A DNA stretch of 64,000 bases. Source: Octopus vulgaris (Eukaryota). Of the stretch, positions 22,094 to 36,562 are shown piece by piece; position 1 is the stretch's first letter, and every line of letters starts with the position of its first letter. The notes beneath the pieces were generated by a model. It had not been told where the DNA came from, searched no databases, and was given only the letters and a program-made list of their open reading frames with translations. The DNA lies in contig OX597815.1 of assembly GCA_951406725.2 (NCBI GenBank), positions 117,056,001 through 117,120,000 of the forward strand, in the 5' to 3' direction. The position numbers and the translations under genes are program-made.

Positions 22094-24789
22094 AAAATGT
22101 TAACAACATAACACTACTTGTACTTCTATCTTTAAGAGTTGTTGGTCAGTTTATAAGTGCTTGCATCTGTAGATATATAAGCAAGTGGCATCACTTTTTC
22201 ATTATCTCACTGAACTTATATTATCAGAATTGAAGTCTGACAATATAAATTCATTATATTTGATAATGTCACCAAATCATCAGTCTGGCATTGATCACTT
22301 GCTACATTCATCCTACTGGTAATAGATTATATAGAAATATAAATTTCATGATTATAGGATGTTCCTTAAATGCATCATCACCAATGATTTTTTTTTTCTT
22401 TAACCTAATATTCAGTATTAGCAGCTGTTTATAGCTTGTCTAGGTATTTTGAATTATTTTCACCCAACTCTCAGAGCTCATTTGTGCACTTTTATTCTTG
22501 TGACTATATGCAATAGTTTGTATGGCTACCTTAAATTATTCATATACTCACACCTGTGCAATTGCTGGGTCTAAATTAATTCAGAAATTTTTAGCTGACA
22601 AAAACTAATTAGATAAAGGTGACCGTTTTTATTTTTGCACAGTTGGACACTTAGTGATTCAGAAACTTGCTTTGCAACCATGTTTCAGGCTCAATCCTAT
22701 TGTGCATCACACTGAGCAAGTGTCTATTATTATTATAGCCCCAGGCCAACTTGTATATGTATATATGTGTGTGTTTATCTCCTCTACTATTTTACAACCA
22801 GTGTTGGTTTGTTTACATCCCCATAACTTATCAGTATGGCAGAAAAGACCAATAGAATAAGTACCAGATTTTTAAAAAAACCCTCAAAAAACTAAGAACT
22901 GGGGTCAATTTGTTTGACTAAACTCTTCAAGGTGCTTCCCAATATGGCTGTAGTCTAATGACTGAAACAAGGAAAAGGTATATAAACATTCCATCACTAC
23001 TACCACAAAACATGGACAACCTGTAAAACCCTTAATGTTGTAAAAATGCTAAGCTTCATCACCACTGGAGGTCTCTCTCACTAGATGACATCCCCATAGC
23101 TCCATTATGAATGGCCTTCTTTAGAGCTAAAAAAAAAACCAAATCTTCTAACCTTCTACAAAGTTCTGGTGAAACCTACAATGGAGTACTACTACATCAG
23201 GGACAGTGCCATTGCTACATGCAGACATCCTAGATCTCATTGAAAGAAATTCCACTCAACTAAACTAACATGAAATCATTTGTTAAACAATCCAACCTCT
23301 GAGTCACAACCATGCTATTTCCCTGGTCCTTATTGGTACTACAAATGTTTCCTGTTCTTCAGAGCTGCAAGTCTTGTACCACTTCCACTCAATCATCATT
23401 GTCATTGTCATCGTTGTTGTCACCACCTCTGCCGCCGCCACCACCACCACCACCATTGTTTAACGTTATGGGTCAGATAGTTTGACTGGGGGACTGGCAA
23501 GCCAGTAGGCTGCGCTAGGCTCCAATCTGATCTGTCAAGATTTCTACAGCTGGATGTCAACCACTCCGAGAGTGCAGTGGGTGCTTTTTACATGCCTCTG
23601 CCATGGAAGCCAGTCGGGTGGCAGTGGCATTGACCATGTTTGGAAGGTGCTTTTTATGTGCCACCTGCACTCACTTGTCTTTCCTCATCATCTAGTGTTA
23701 TAATCTCACCTCAACATTAACCTCTACATGCACTCCCTCATCCTCAAAATGTTCTGGAATTCCTTTTCTTAGTACATTTCTCCAGCAGTAGCCAAACAGC
23801 AAGTATTGAAAAATTTTCAGGTAGCAAGTGTAAATTAGTCATATGAGATCATTCCTCAAACCATTAATCTAAGATATTTAAGAGACTTTACCATATCACA
23901 CTTCCAAATATGAACAGCACACACATGTATTTGAAATGCCTTGTAGAATAGAGCAATAGGACATCCTCTGCTGGAATGGTCAAAGGATAGAAATCAAACT
24001 AGTATGTGCTAGTCATGTGCATAGTAAATTAAGTGGGACAGGAAGGCATTATTTCAATGATACCTTTAATTTTTTTCTTCCCACTCTCCATTATTTACTT
24101 ATCTCCCCATCATTCATCCTCTCCTATTCACTATATATCTGTGATATGTGAGATAGCATTGGATCTCTCCATATTCAATCATAATTATCACCATCTTTAT
24201 CATTTTACCTCCCTCACTTCTCCATTATGATGCTTGTGTAATTAGCAATTGCATCAGATCTGTTGGTATCCAATACAAGAGACCATTGCCATCACCTTTC
24301 TGAACTGTCAGCCATTACTTCATATTCCTCTGATTAACCTTCATCATTGTTAACATCTTACTATCACCTATCTCTGACTCTTGGTCTCTTTCCTAACACC
24401 AAATATGTAGCTATGTTTACTGTCACTCTCCTATCACTCTCTATTATTACTGTCTTGTTATCATTAGTCTCCAAACCACTGTCCCTTCTGTAATTCCCTC
24501 CTCTCCTTTCTTCTCACTTCAGTCACTCTGTTTCTTCCATCATATTTTCTTTTCTTTCACCTTCTCTCTGTTGTCATTCTCTTATTCACCATCTCAGTTA
24601 CATTTACTTTCAAGACCATTTAGTCTTGTAGGGGACAAGGCAATCACTCTTGTGCTGGTACTCTGATGAAATGCCTCCAGTACACTGTAAGTAGTTGACA
24701 AAAAAAAATGGAGATAATATCGGGATAGAGCACACTTTTCAGTCTTGTGCTGGTACCATGATAAAATGCACTCAGTACACTCTATAATG

Positions 24790-25060
24790 TCCACCTCAAA
24801 GCTCAGTCCTTGTGGTGTGATAACTTGTATGCCTCAATATCCCTGAGAGGTATGCAATCAGAATGCTAGCTCTTGGTTTCACATGCTGGACTGGTCAAAA
24901 GATAGAGATCAGACTAATATGGACCACACATTTGTAAAAATGGGATTTTGTAGGGTCAACACCTCTACCTAGCAAAAAAAAAAAAAAAAAACAGTTAAAG
25001 AAGCATCTGAAGTGATTAGATTCTGGATTCTCAACCAGGAATTGAAGCCTCAGTGAATAT
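24790..25060 (+). mobile_element. Decayed RTE 5'-UTR-like fragment
   Basis: CAGTCCTTGTGGTGTGATAACTTGTATGCCTCAAT..GGTCAACACCTCTACCTAGC aligns by eye with 45528-45720. Confidence 0.5.
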
Positions 25061-25461
25061 TTCTGTAAGTTTATTTCTTTTGTTCTCTAGATTTACACAG
25101 GAGACTCAGCTATCAACTTCCTGGCCATCTTGTGTCAAGTTCAATTCGACCTGGATAACTCACAAAATATCCTTCATGTTACTGTGACCTAGTTTAGCTA
25201 TGGAATTGTTATAAATACAGAACAATAAACAGGATTTACACACTTTCTCTTTGGCTTGGCACTTGTAGCATGCCTACTTCCTTTGATGTCAGAGAGTTAA
25301 CATATGTCTCCTTCTCTCTACTTGGTAACTGTTGCAGAGGTAACATACCTCTCTTATCTTCCTGGTAACTTTCAGACAGGGAAGTCGGCTTACTTTCTTT
25401 CTCTCTCTTTTTTTTTTATGTCGCCTACAATAATCAGAGATATCTATACAAAGGACAATAA

Positions 25462-25854
25462 GGATCTTTTCGGTTTTTTCTAGCGGTGTCATATGAAATT
25501 GTCACCCATAATTATGACCCTAGTATCGATCTATTGCATTTCAATCTGTTTTAGGGTTAGGGTTAGGGGTGGGTAGAAGGGTATCTTTTTTTTCTTCAGA
25601 AATATAAATAAACCCAATCTCTTTCTTAAACAAGGGACATATTCATACGGCACAGAATGTTTTCACCTCAATAGAAGTCATTGATTGGTTGAAATTGCGG
25701 AAATTGAAGAAAAACAACGACAAATATCTTACAAACTATAGAATTTTCTCAATAAGCCAAGAGAAAAAGATGTCCGAGACACATTCTACCAGTATACGAA
25801 GTTTCAAATTGTTTAGTTAACTAGAAAATTCCGTCCATCAAAAGGAAAAGATCC
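25462..25854 (+). mobile_element. Merlin-type MITE with internal TTAGGG repeats (degenerate ends)
   Basis: Highly similar to 39417-39837. GGATCTTTTC..GAAAAGATCC ends; TTAGGGTTAGGGTTAGGGG at ~25551-25569. No TSD is visible. Confidence 0.8.
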
Positions 25855-26579
25855 CAAACTTGAACTGTGACTATCTATCTAATCCGTATGAGCATGGAAA
25901 ACAGGCACAAAATTATATTGATAGCTGGGTTGAGATCGTTCATATTTACTATTATAGTCAATTATTATTTCAGTTACAAATCTTAAAATACTGTGATCAG
26001 AAAAAGGGATAGAATAAGATATATATTTAAAAGTAATTTTCGTAATGCACCCATACACTTTATTATTTAAACCATTTAAATCCGGTTTCATAACTTTAAA
26101 CCCAGTTATGTAAATTACGAGGAATTTCGGTTTTTACAATAGATTTTTAAAAGTTACTCTAGGGAGGGCATATACTTTATAATTGCCTTCTACAAGAATA
26201 AACATGTTATTATCTAATTTGTAACTATCCACTATCTCTGTAACTGACCCGGTTATATATTCAGGAATGATTTTCTTCATTTACACCGTCTATCTTCGCC
26301 AGACAGTTCAACAACAGAATTATTTTGTTCTCTTCGATACTTTTTTCTTTTTCAATTGATTTTATTTTTATCTTCATAACATTCTTCGTATTTGAAACAC
26401 GCTTTTGTTGATTATCATATCATAAATTCGGATACTGAATATTTTCTTTTTATTCATAAAAAAACCCCAACAAAATACAAAACCGCCTTCAAACGGTTTT
26501 CATAATTTTCAAACGAGATACGGAAAGAAAAAAAAAATGCAAACTTGAGTTGGATTACCGATCGCCCAAATATCAAAAC

Positions 26580-27806
26580 ATGCGGTATGTTTATGACCTG
26601 TGGGACAATTTTTGTATTATGTGCGACAAAGCATCGGTGTTTGTTTCAAGAAGTAAAGATTTCTTTTTTTCCATGATGTTAGTTAACCATCAGGCTTTTT
26701 CATCTGTGATAAATATCGTGGCTGCATTATGGACATCATTTAGTTCTTTCCTCTCCGTTTCAAGTGAAATTATCATGTGGCTTATTTACGGAATTATTGA
26801 GTTTGTCACGGAAGTTGAAACCTGCTTGAGAATGTTTGTTGTATTACTTTGGCAGTTGTTTTTAGTTTTTATAAATACAATTTTCCTTGTTGTGAATGCC
26901 ATCGAAAGTTTCATCTATCTGTTGTGGAATGGCGGTGTTGGAACCGTTTCTGTACTCAACACTTCAGTGGAAATTTTGAAAGAAAGCTGGGATACAGCTT
27001 GCATGAAAGGAGAAGAGTTTACAGACGCATTTTTCTTGCTCGTTGTTGGCGGATTTGAAACTATTGGATGTTTTGTTGTGGACATTTTCTTATATGTCCT
27101 CAAACTTCTGTCCTCTGTCTTAAACGTCCCATATTTGCTACGTGATGCAATTGACTCTTGTATTATGATGATTACAAAAACAATGGATTATATATGGATT
27201 CATTTAACGTATTCCAAAGAAGCATTGTTCGGTGTAGTAGTTTGTATCTTTCTTCACATTATATTGACCCAAGGAATAAAAATGAGTAGAACTCTAAACC
27301 AAAGAGGTATTACTTTCCCCATTTTTAGACACTATTATAGTCATACCGTTGCTAGATTTGACAACGATAGTGAGATCTCTGATAACGAAGAACCAGGAGA
27401 AGAAGAACATGATAGCAGCAATGTCACTGAATCTGATAATAGTGATTCAGAAAGTGTTGATGACAGCGAAACTAACGAAAGCGACTCCATTATGTCTGAA
27501 ACAACAGACAGCGATATTGATCTGCCAAATTATGGAAACTCTTTGCAACAAAGTCGCCCACCCACACCGCTAATAAACAAGCCCTTAAACAGCACTCAGC
27601 TTGAAAGAGAAATTGAACGAGAAAGAGATAAACGTAAGTGTGTTGTTTGTCAAGACCACGTAAAGACAGTTTTAATTCTGCCATGTAAACACATGTGTTT
27701 GTGTGTACAGTGTGCTAATCACATCGTCAGTAGTACTCCACCGGATAGAAATGTTTGTCCGTTATGTCGGACCAGAATACAGAAAGTAATGAATATTTAT
27801 GTGTAA
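26580..27806 (+). CDS. RNF26: E3 ubiquitin ligase RNF26 (multi-pass membrane N-terminus, acidic linker, C-terminal RING); intronless, 408 aa
   Basis: Single long ORF with first ATG at 26580. Hydrophobic segments, a D/E/S-rich tract, and ERERDKRKCVVCQDHVKTVLILPCKHMCLCVQC..CPLCRTRI..MNIYV, matching the RNF26 C-terminus. Vertebrate RNF26 is also single-exon. Confidence 0.9.
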   Translation: MRYVYDLWDNFCIMCDKASVFVSRSKDFFFSMMLVNHQAFSSVINIVAALWTSFSSFLSVSSEIIMWLIYGIIEFVTEVETCLRMFVVLLWQLFLVFINTIFLVVNAIESFIYLLWNGGVGTVSVLNTSVEILKESWDTACMKGEEFTDAFFLLVVGGFETIGCFVVDIFLYVLKLLSSVLNVPYLLRDAIDSCIMMITKTMDYIWIHLTYSKEALFGVVVCIFLHIILTQGIKMSRTLNQRGITFPIFRHYYSHTVARFDNDSEISDNEEPGEEEHDSSNVTESDNSDSESVDDSETNESDSIMSETTDSDIDLPNYGNSLQQSRPPTPLINKPLNSTQLEREIERERDKRKCVVCQDHVKTVLILPCKHMCLCVQCANHIVSSTPPDRNVCPLCRTRIQKVMNIYV

Positions 27807-30314
27807 AACGTCAGTTTTTTTTTTACAAGTAGAATCATGGAAAGAATATTATCTTTTATACGTTAATAATTATTTTTATGTATATTGACATGTATGTTAT
27901 TGAAATACTGTAATTTATCTTCGTTTATCAAGAACAGTTACGTCCCACATTGTGCAAAATATACCTTGGGGCAAATATCTTCGGAACCATAAACATTTTG
28001 CGATGTCTCTGAGAATATGTAAATAGAAACATGAATAGTATCTCAGAGATGTGAGAATTACAAGAACACTGACATCAAACATTACTCTTATACATTCTTA
28101 TATTTATTCCTAAATATAACATTAAAAAAGTGTTGCAATATAACGTATGTAAACTCATACATTTTTCTGAGGCCTTAGAAATTTTATATATTTTTCCTTG
28201 AATTTATTTCCCCCACCTCTTTCAATTGCTTTCACTCTTAGTAGACGAATTGAAGGCAGCCAGCTCATTATTTGTATCCAGTGCACTGAGCGATTGGTTT
28301 GGAAAGTGAGCAGAAAGTATTTTATTTTAAAGGCAATACGTGGATTTTGTACAAATGTGTTCTTTAGCAGAATTATTTTCATTAGCTTCCACCTTATCCA
28401 ATTTGGATGGGCTTAAAATACTGTTGATAAAATAGTTTTGGTAATGTAAATTATGTGAGCTGGTGGAGGAGGAGTACCATATTAACTTATGCATCAAAAT
28501 ATCTGCTATATCGATAGAAACAAACACTTGTGTGCCACTGAATTTCTCGAAAGAAAACTTTGCTGGAGTATTACAGAAAGTGTATGTAAATAACTTGGAA
28601 TTTAGTAGTTCTATTTTTAAAAATTGTCTGTGTAGAAATAATTGCTTTAAGTAATGAGTTTGTCTATGCCAGAAGTTTGGTAGGTTTATATTTATTTTTT
28701 GAAGACTAGTCAAGTGGAAAAGCTGTATCCATGACCTATTACAAGGCTTCCAAGACTGGAGATAGGTACGCAAGAAGGTATCCTCAAAAGGGATTTCTGG
28801 TTTGAATGCTAGTAAGAGACTAGATTCTGCTAAAGGTCCCCAAGGACAAAATGGTAGTGTTATGCTGGGAAACTGATTAATTCACCACCACATATAGGTA
28901 GAAGAAAATGATATTAAATACTGGAAAATGATGACCAATTACTGTTTTTGTTGCCAGATTATCACCTGATCAAAATAATTGTTTTTCTTAATCAAAGGTT
29001 ATCTTTGCAAGCAAAAGTTTCTGAGAATCTACTGCCTAGCATGTGATCCAGCTGGGCTGGTATATTTGATATAGTGTTATCAGACAATTCATGTTGAGCA
29101 AAGAGAGATTCTCTCTGAAGATGAGGTTTTTTTTTTTTCTCTGTGTAAGAGTGATATTTTATTTGTAATTATGGTTCAACACAGGCTTTGTCTAGGAACC
29201 ATATAACAAGATCAAACACTACAAAATACATCATCTTTGACTATTAGTGCCACCATAAATGTATGCTTGCAAAAACAACGTAAGTCTGTTTAATATCTGA
29301 AATTAGTTTAAATAATGTGGAAGCTAATACTAAAATTTAAAACAGTACCAACCCACCTCTTTAGAACTGTTTCACACTGAATGAGCAAAATGCATTTAAA
29401 CTGATGCTTTTTTTGCACTAAGCTTATTTCATGATGAAGTTCTTACAAGAGCCTATAAACTTACAAAATAATACGAATTAGTTAAAAAGGAATTATAATG
29501 AAGCTGATATCTCTGGATTTTGCTTAAAGGGTTATAATTGTCAGATCTTCTACCAGTGCCTCTCCTTTATCAACAGCAGTCTGTTGATTCATAAGCCTTT
29601 ACATTTCCAGGTTTCCAACTTACATGTAATTTTGTTTATCAATCAAAATGTAAAATCATCACTACACTAAATTTTATGTCCTAGATGCTTTACTGTCACT
29701 GCATTGTTTTAATCCATCCTTGGTATGTCCTTTTATTTTCACTAGTATTCAGGATGACCAGCTAGTATTCATTGAATTTTATGATTAGTTGCATCAACTT
29801 GCAGCAGTAAATTGTGCACACATTCCATCTTCTAATTTTTGTTATAGTTTTGGCGTTCAGAATAAACTTAAACATAGTCCTTCCTTCTAGCTTTCATTTG
29901 ATCAGCAAAAAGCTGTCATCATTATGCCTACTTTACTTGAATTCCAAAGGTATTTCTTTAATAGGTATAGATAGTCAAACAACAACCTATTATCGTATGC
30001 AATTTTGCAACATGACAAAAATATCTCAGCTTTTTTTTAACTTCAGTGTTGCTTTGTGTGTCTTGTCTAAAATTTGTCTCCCTCATATTCAAGCTGGAGT
30101 TAGTATGAGTATGCTTAATGTATACTTAGATCTCTATTTTTTTTTTTTTAGTTACCACGTAAACTGATTTTCTTGATGTAGTAACAAAGAGGAAATTGCT
30201 TACTTTTTTTCTATCATGGTATTAATCACCAATAACTGTGAGCTCAGTGTCTGTTGAATGACTTACTAGCTTTCTTCATATTTTTTCCCTTTGTGTTACT
30301 GTATGGTTATAAGT

Positions 30315-30512
30315 GAAGTCAGAGCTTCATTCACTTATGTGCAGGGTCACTTAATTATGATTTCATTCAATATATTCCCCTCTCAGATTCACACACTTAT
30401 TGCAGTGGTCTATCAGTTTTTCCAAGCCCTGTAAAAGAACTTAGGAAGCTGAGCCTTCAACCAAGCCTTTCATGATACCTTCAAAGCCAGGAATTTTTCA
30501 GCATCCCCTCAT
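30315..30512 (-). mobile_element. Mariner-derived MITE remnant
   Basis: Minus strand begins GAGGGGATGCTGAAAAATTCCTGGC and contains GGGGAATATATTGAATGAAAT, resembling mariner 5' and 3' ends. Confidence 0.45.
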
Positions 30513-33500
30513 TATATAACTACTGGAGTCAATTCATTTGAATGGTGCTCTAGCATGGCTTCAGTCTAACGACTGTAACTGAAAGTTATAAAATATACAA
30601 ACCTGTCATTTTTACATGGTGAGTTTTACAGTTCTGTCACTTGTAACCATTACAATCAAAATATCTTAGAATTTGGTTGAACTCTTATGAAACTGCTGAT
30701 TGCTTTTATTTCTGCCTTCATGATTCATTAAAAATACATTTGATTTCCTAATTTCATCACTTTGCTGTCATTAGATGCATGTTATTCTTTTATTTGTATT
30801 GTATATATGGTACCATTTATAGTGTGACCTTTGTAATATATGATGTAATTTTAGTGTGAGGATATCTATTACTGAGTATTACTTTGCTGTGTGCGAAGTT
30901 CAAGTTTTATAGATGTATGAGAACACGGTGAAAGAGATGCAGTGTTTTGTCCAGTCTCACTTTAAGGGTGTTGGTTGATACTTAATGTCCAGATGTGTTG
31001 AAAATTTGGTAGAGCAGTTCATCTCTACTGGATGACATATCTAATATTACCGGTTATGGTATCAAAGTACGTTTATTCTGTGCTATTTCATACTGTTCTT
31101 TGAGATTCATTTCAACATGTATCATTTCTTGGGTGATAAAAGAAACACTTTGTTGATCATTGTTACTCATTGGTTGCATGTTATCTAATAAAAGGCAATT
31201 GAATAATATCACCTCATAGTTCAGAAATAATATCCATCAGTAATAATTCATGTTTTTATTTTCTCTATTTTCTTATACTGAGGTGATAAAATTGATTTTC
31301 TACTCAATTTTAATATTCCTTGAAGCGCTTCAAATAAATTAAATACTTGATATCACTATTGAAAGTTATCTCCCCTGCATTGAATTATTTTATAGACCAG
31401 CATTCATGTGTTTAGTAGAACTATTAAATCATAGTTATTTTTAAACCTAGAATACTCAAAGCAAGAAGAAAAAGAGTGGAGTTGCTCTTTTATGGAGAAT
31501 TATTTGAAATATTTACGCTGCACTTTCATCTGCCCACTCTTATTATGAAGAAGCTTTTCATGTATGTAAAACCTTCACTGTGTTTTAGAGTTTCTAATTG
31601 TCATATCAAAATGCTTCTCTTGTTTGGTATTCACCAAAGAAGCTTTCCAATCTTTCGCACTTTTCTTTTATCTAACATGCTCTTGTTCTTTTGTGGCTTT
31701 CCCCCGTTGCCTTTGTCCATTATGCATAGCTTCATTTTTGAACGTGATTTTATTTTTGTAAAGCATTTATAGGTACAACTGTACCTCATTTCCTGGAAGA
31801 GACTTTGTACTAAAGTCTTTTCCAGTTCCTTCTTAAAATTATATAATTTAGAAACGCTCATCATTGACTATTGTCTTAAGCTATAATGATTCAAACTAGT
31901 CATTAACCACAATTGCTTCCAGTGATTCTGTATTTTGAATTCAAAATGCTTTGATGATGAAAACATTTCCATTTTAGCTGAGTAAGATTAGTATGAGTGA
32001 ACTAAACAATAAAACAAATACGAATTAATAGTCACTCTGTCATCCCTTGACCAATATTTAAAAGATCTTCCTCTAATTTTGATTGAATTGTCTTTGAATA
32101 CAGTGCTGACACAAATTTCTTGAATGCATTAATCATACATTACATGTTTTCATTTGCATACTACATGTGTTTGGATGTTTTCATTTTTACAATTGGATGG
32201 CTTTCTTGACATGAGGTCATTTATCATGACTGATATTCTAAATGTAATAAAGTCCTTTACTCAAAGACAATATAAATTGTCAAACTCCAGAGTTCAAATC
32301 CTTACCTTTCAACCACCAACTCTTTACATGTTGGTGATTTTTACTGAATTAATTTTTGATTTTTTTTAATCTATAAAGTTGGAGAATTTGAACAACTGTT
32401 TTTTAATTTGATTTTCAGCATATTATAAAAGTGGTAACATATCTTTAATAAATGTTTGTAAAATTTCTTCCAAAACCATTTTCTTTGTTTAAAATGATTG
32501 AAAAATGACCATCATAAATTTCATTTAAGGAATGGTGCCCCAGCATGGCCACAGCTTTTGGGCTGAAGCATTTTTAAGGATTTATTTAAGGATATATTTT
32601 TGTTATTAGTACTGTTGCATCATTGACAGTTGAGTTTTTGATTTATCATTTACTGACAGTGTGGATGCAGTATGGTCAAATTGTTAAGAAATTCACTTTG
32701 CAGCCACAAAGCTCTGGGTTCAATCCCTTTGCATGGCATCTTAGAGCAAATATAATTTTCTGTAGCCTCAGGTTAGCCCATACATCATGAATGAAACTGT
32801 ATTGAAGCTGACTGGAAGGATGATTTTACCTGTATTTCAAAAGATACAGTCTTGTCACATGCTGATTTTTGTCTAAGAATTATGTTAAGGGTATAAGTGA
32901 CTGTGCAATACTCAGCCACTTCCATGTTAATTCAGGAACAGGTAATTCAGAGTTGATCAAACAACGGGATCCTCATTGATTGAATGGCAGAGAATCAGCA
33001 AAATTCCTCCTTTCTAGGCCTTTATTTAACTGTAGTTTATTACTGTAGGGTGAAAAAAGCAGTTTATATTCTATGTGAGGATTTAAAAACAAATGAAAAT
33101 AAAAACGAGCCAATGATGTAATTAATGTAGTTACATTGCTGAAAACTTGGTCTTTTAGATGCATTTGTGCCACTTTCCATATTGTTAGTTCCCTCCAGGC
33201 AGGTATTCCTTTAACTACAGTTAAATCTCAATCGGTAAAGTAGTATTTTATTTTGTTTTCCTGTTGAAATATGTAGCAAAACATTAATTGTGAGATATAT
33301 TAATTATAACTCAACTATAGTTGATAGTGGTTTTTAGATTATTTTACTAGTATCAGTTAGTAGACTGTGGCCATTCTGGAGTACTGTTTTCAGTAGTATG
33401 GTAACCCCAGTACTTGCTGACTGGCACTTGGAGAAGGATGAAAGGCAAAACCAGTCTGAATGAGATCTGAACTCAGATGGTAAACGGATAAGATATTTCA

Positions 33501-36500
33501 TCTGATGTTTTACCGATTCTGTCATCCATTGCTGCATTTGTCATAATCTATTTATATTGTGAACATAGGAACATTTCAAACCATTTCAAATTGTATGTAT
33601 GCTATTTTTTTAAAGATTTTTTTTTTAAGTATGAAGGAAGCCTCCTCTCCCATCCAAAAACAAAACTTTGGTATCAAAAATTTTTATTTCTAAAAGAGAT
33701 TCTAATTATGTATTTTTATATTGTTTGATATTAAATTTGAATTACTTCTTATAATACTTGTGTTGCTGTTCTTTTTTTTTATTTTTATCTGTTTCTCTCC
33801 CCACCCTGCTTTCTGCATCCCTCTATCTTTCCCAACTCATGCTTCATCAATCATTCACCCTTCAGCACTACCCAGTTTTTACATTTATAGTCTGTCTACT
33901 CATCCCCTCATCTCCTGCTCCCCATACAACCTTGCAAACCACTCACCCACTTCCATTCACCTTGTACCTCAAGGGGCCACCAAGACACCTTATCACCTTT
34001 ATCTCACTGCAGCTCCAACTGACCATTTCTCTTTTTCCATTCCACCTCTCCTACGAAATGTGAGAAGCCATACTGATTATCTACAAGAACCCCTTCTGAC
34101 TCCCTGCCCTCAGACTTTAATTCCTTGTTCCCTAGGATAAAGCTGACTCCCCTCCCCTGGGTTCATAGTTCCATGAGCTGCATGACAACCTAAATACTGC
34201 TGGATACATGAAAAAAGCACCCAGTCCATGCTGTAAAGTGGTTGGTATTAGGAAGGACAGCCAGCTATAGAAACCAAGCCAAAGCAGACTCTGGTGCATG
34301 ATACAGTCCTTAGACCCCATGGATCCTGTTCACATTATGACAAAATTTTCAGGAAATTAAGTTTTTTTAATTTGTGGATGCATGCAGTGTGTTTTGGAGT
34401 AAATTTTTGAAGCATATTGCAATTGAGAAACATTATTATTGCTGACAAATTTGTATGGTTAAATACTTTGCTTTCTAACTATGTGACTTTGGGTTCAGTC
34501 CCACCTGCCTCAGGAGAACAATAATAGATAATATGGAACCATTTGACATTGGAAATTTGTTTTGTAACAGTAAGTTTTGGTAAAAATAAATGTTAAGTAT
34601 GGTAATTTGCCTGAAGCATTGTTGAGTAAATATAGTGAGGTATACAATAATATGTACAGATGTAGCTTTGTGGTTAAGAAGTTTACTTCTCAATTTCATG
34701 GTTTCAGGTTCAGTACCTAGAGTAAGTGTCTTCTATTAGACCATGTGGGTGGATTTAGTTGATGGAAACTGAAAGAAGCTTGTCACACACACACATATAT
34801 ATATATATGTGAGTGTGTGTTTCTTTGTCTTGATATCATGTGATTGTTGCAAATAAATGTCATTCATTTCCAATATTCTGAAAAACATATCTGATCATGG
34901 GGAAATATTATCTTGGTTGGGAAGAGGTAAAGGTTGCAATGAAAAGGGCATTTAGCCATAGAAAATGTGAAGCATGGGAAAATGGACATTAAAAAAAAAT
35001 AATGCAACATCTACAAATACTGTTACAGAAATAAACAAAATTTTATTTGATATTTTGGACACAAAAGACCCTACTCATGACTACAACATTATGGAAACAA
35101 TTTGGAATAATTTACAACACAAAGTAATCAGGGTTTCAGTTTCAGTTTGAACCATTCTGTGAGAATCACTTCTCAAAACAGTTGTTTGACTTGATGAAGA
35201 TCTTAATTTATTTTTGGTTGCTGGTCTATCTGTTGATTAGTATTGTCTATATAGATTTTGTCATGTTTGTTGCATTTAACCTATTAGCATTCAGATTATT
35301 TTGTCAAATGTAATGTTTATATATTCACATTGTTTTGAATTAATCATGCATTATCTTATGGCTTTGAGATTTTCATGACGTAATTATTTTCAGAATGATG
35401 TGAGGTAGGTATGAGAGACCAAATCTTGCTAGTTTGAATATAAAACAGGAAGAATATTTGGGCTGTATATAACTGGTTTAAATGCTGCAGGGTTTATATG
35501 ATAAAGCACTTACAACCAGGTACGTTTGTTTATATTGCTGATTGGATTAATAAGCCAGTGTGTACACTTAATCAAAATTAGTTGCTGTTAGGTAGGGTGC
35601 AGATTGGGCTGGTTGAATATTTAACCATTTCCTGATGTCTCTTCATTGCTATCAACATTCTTGCCAACACCTAACTGCTCCACCCTCTATCCTCCACTCC
35701 TACCTTGTTTGTGCATGCACCAATTCAGCTGAACTACTAATTTCAATCATACAGCTCCCACATTTTATCATTACTTCTCCAATCCTTTTATTTACTCATT
35801 TCTTTTATGCCCAGAGTAATAAAACCACTACTTTTAGTTGATGCTGGACTTCATTACTTTCCTTGGATTTTACAGTTTTGCTATTTGGTGTGAATTACTT
35901 TTCTGCCATTGCTGCTGTGATATTTAACTGTAAATGTATACAGTAATGTATTCAAATGACTGGAAAGAGGCTATCAAATGGAAGTAAGAGTCATAGAGAG
36001 ATTACATGTTAAACTAGATGATTTTAAAATATTTGGTGCAAGAGAAGTCAAAAAGAGTACCTGTCCTCCATAGAAGAAGTGTTGAGCCTGCATTCCATGG
36101 TGAAGAGGATTGGCCTGCAAGAATTTTGTGCCAGTGCTACGCGAAAAGCGTTCATGTTGGTGTCACATAAAAAGCACTTGTACCAGTGCCATGTGAAAGC
36201 ACTCGTGCTGGTGACACATTAAAAGCACCCAGCACATCCTGTAAAGTGGTTGGCGTTAGGAAGGGCATCTAGCTGTAGAAACCAAAAGCCAAATCAGACT
36301 GAATTTTGGTGCAGCTTCTCAGCTCTGGTGGAAACGTCTAACCCATACCAGTTTGGAGAATGGACGGTAAAGGATGATTATATATATATATATATTTCTG
36401 TGTGAGTTAGAGGTTGGGAAACCAACTAAGGGATAATACTTATCCAATATACTACTGGTAGTGTACCCAATTATTCATAGCCAAGTGCTAGTTATTTGCA

Positions 36501-36562
36501 TAGCAATCTTGCAATTGAGGATTATATATGGATGAGGGTATACGATTGGTTTACTCTTGATT

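Noticed and set aside
25551-25569. Interstitial telomere or chromosome fusion scar
   Set aside because: Only three TTAGGG units, and they are internal to a MITE that recurs at 39417.
26550-26579. ORF-track start of RNF26 at a TTG
   Set aside because: The locus is eukaryotic; the first in-frame ATG is at 26580.
28155-35841. Many 60-150 aa ORFs in the ORF track
   Set aside because: Low-complexity or repeat-derived, with no splice-consistent structure or recognisable domains.
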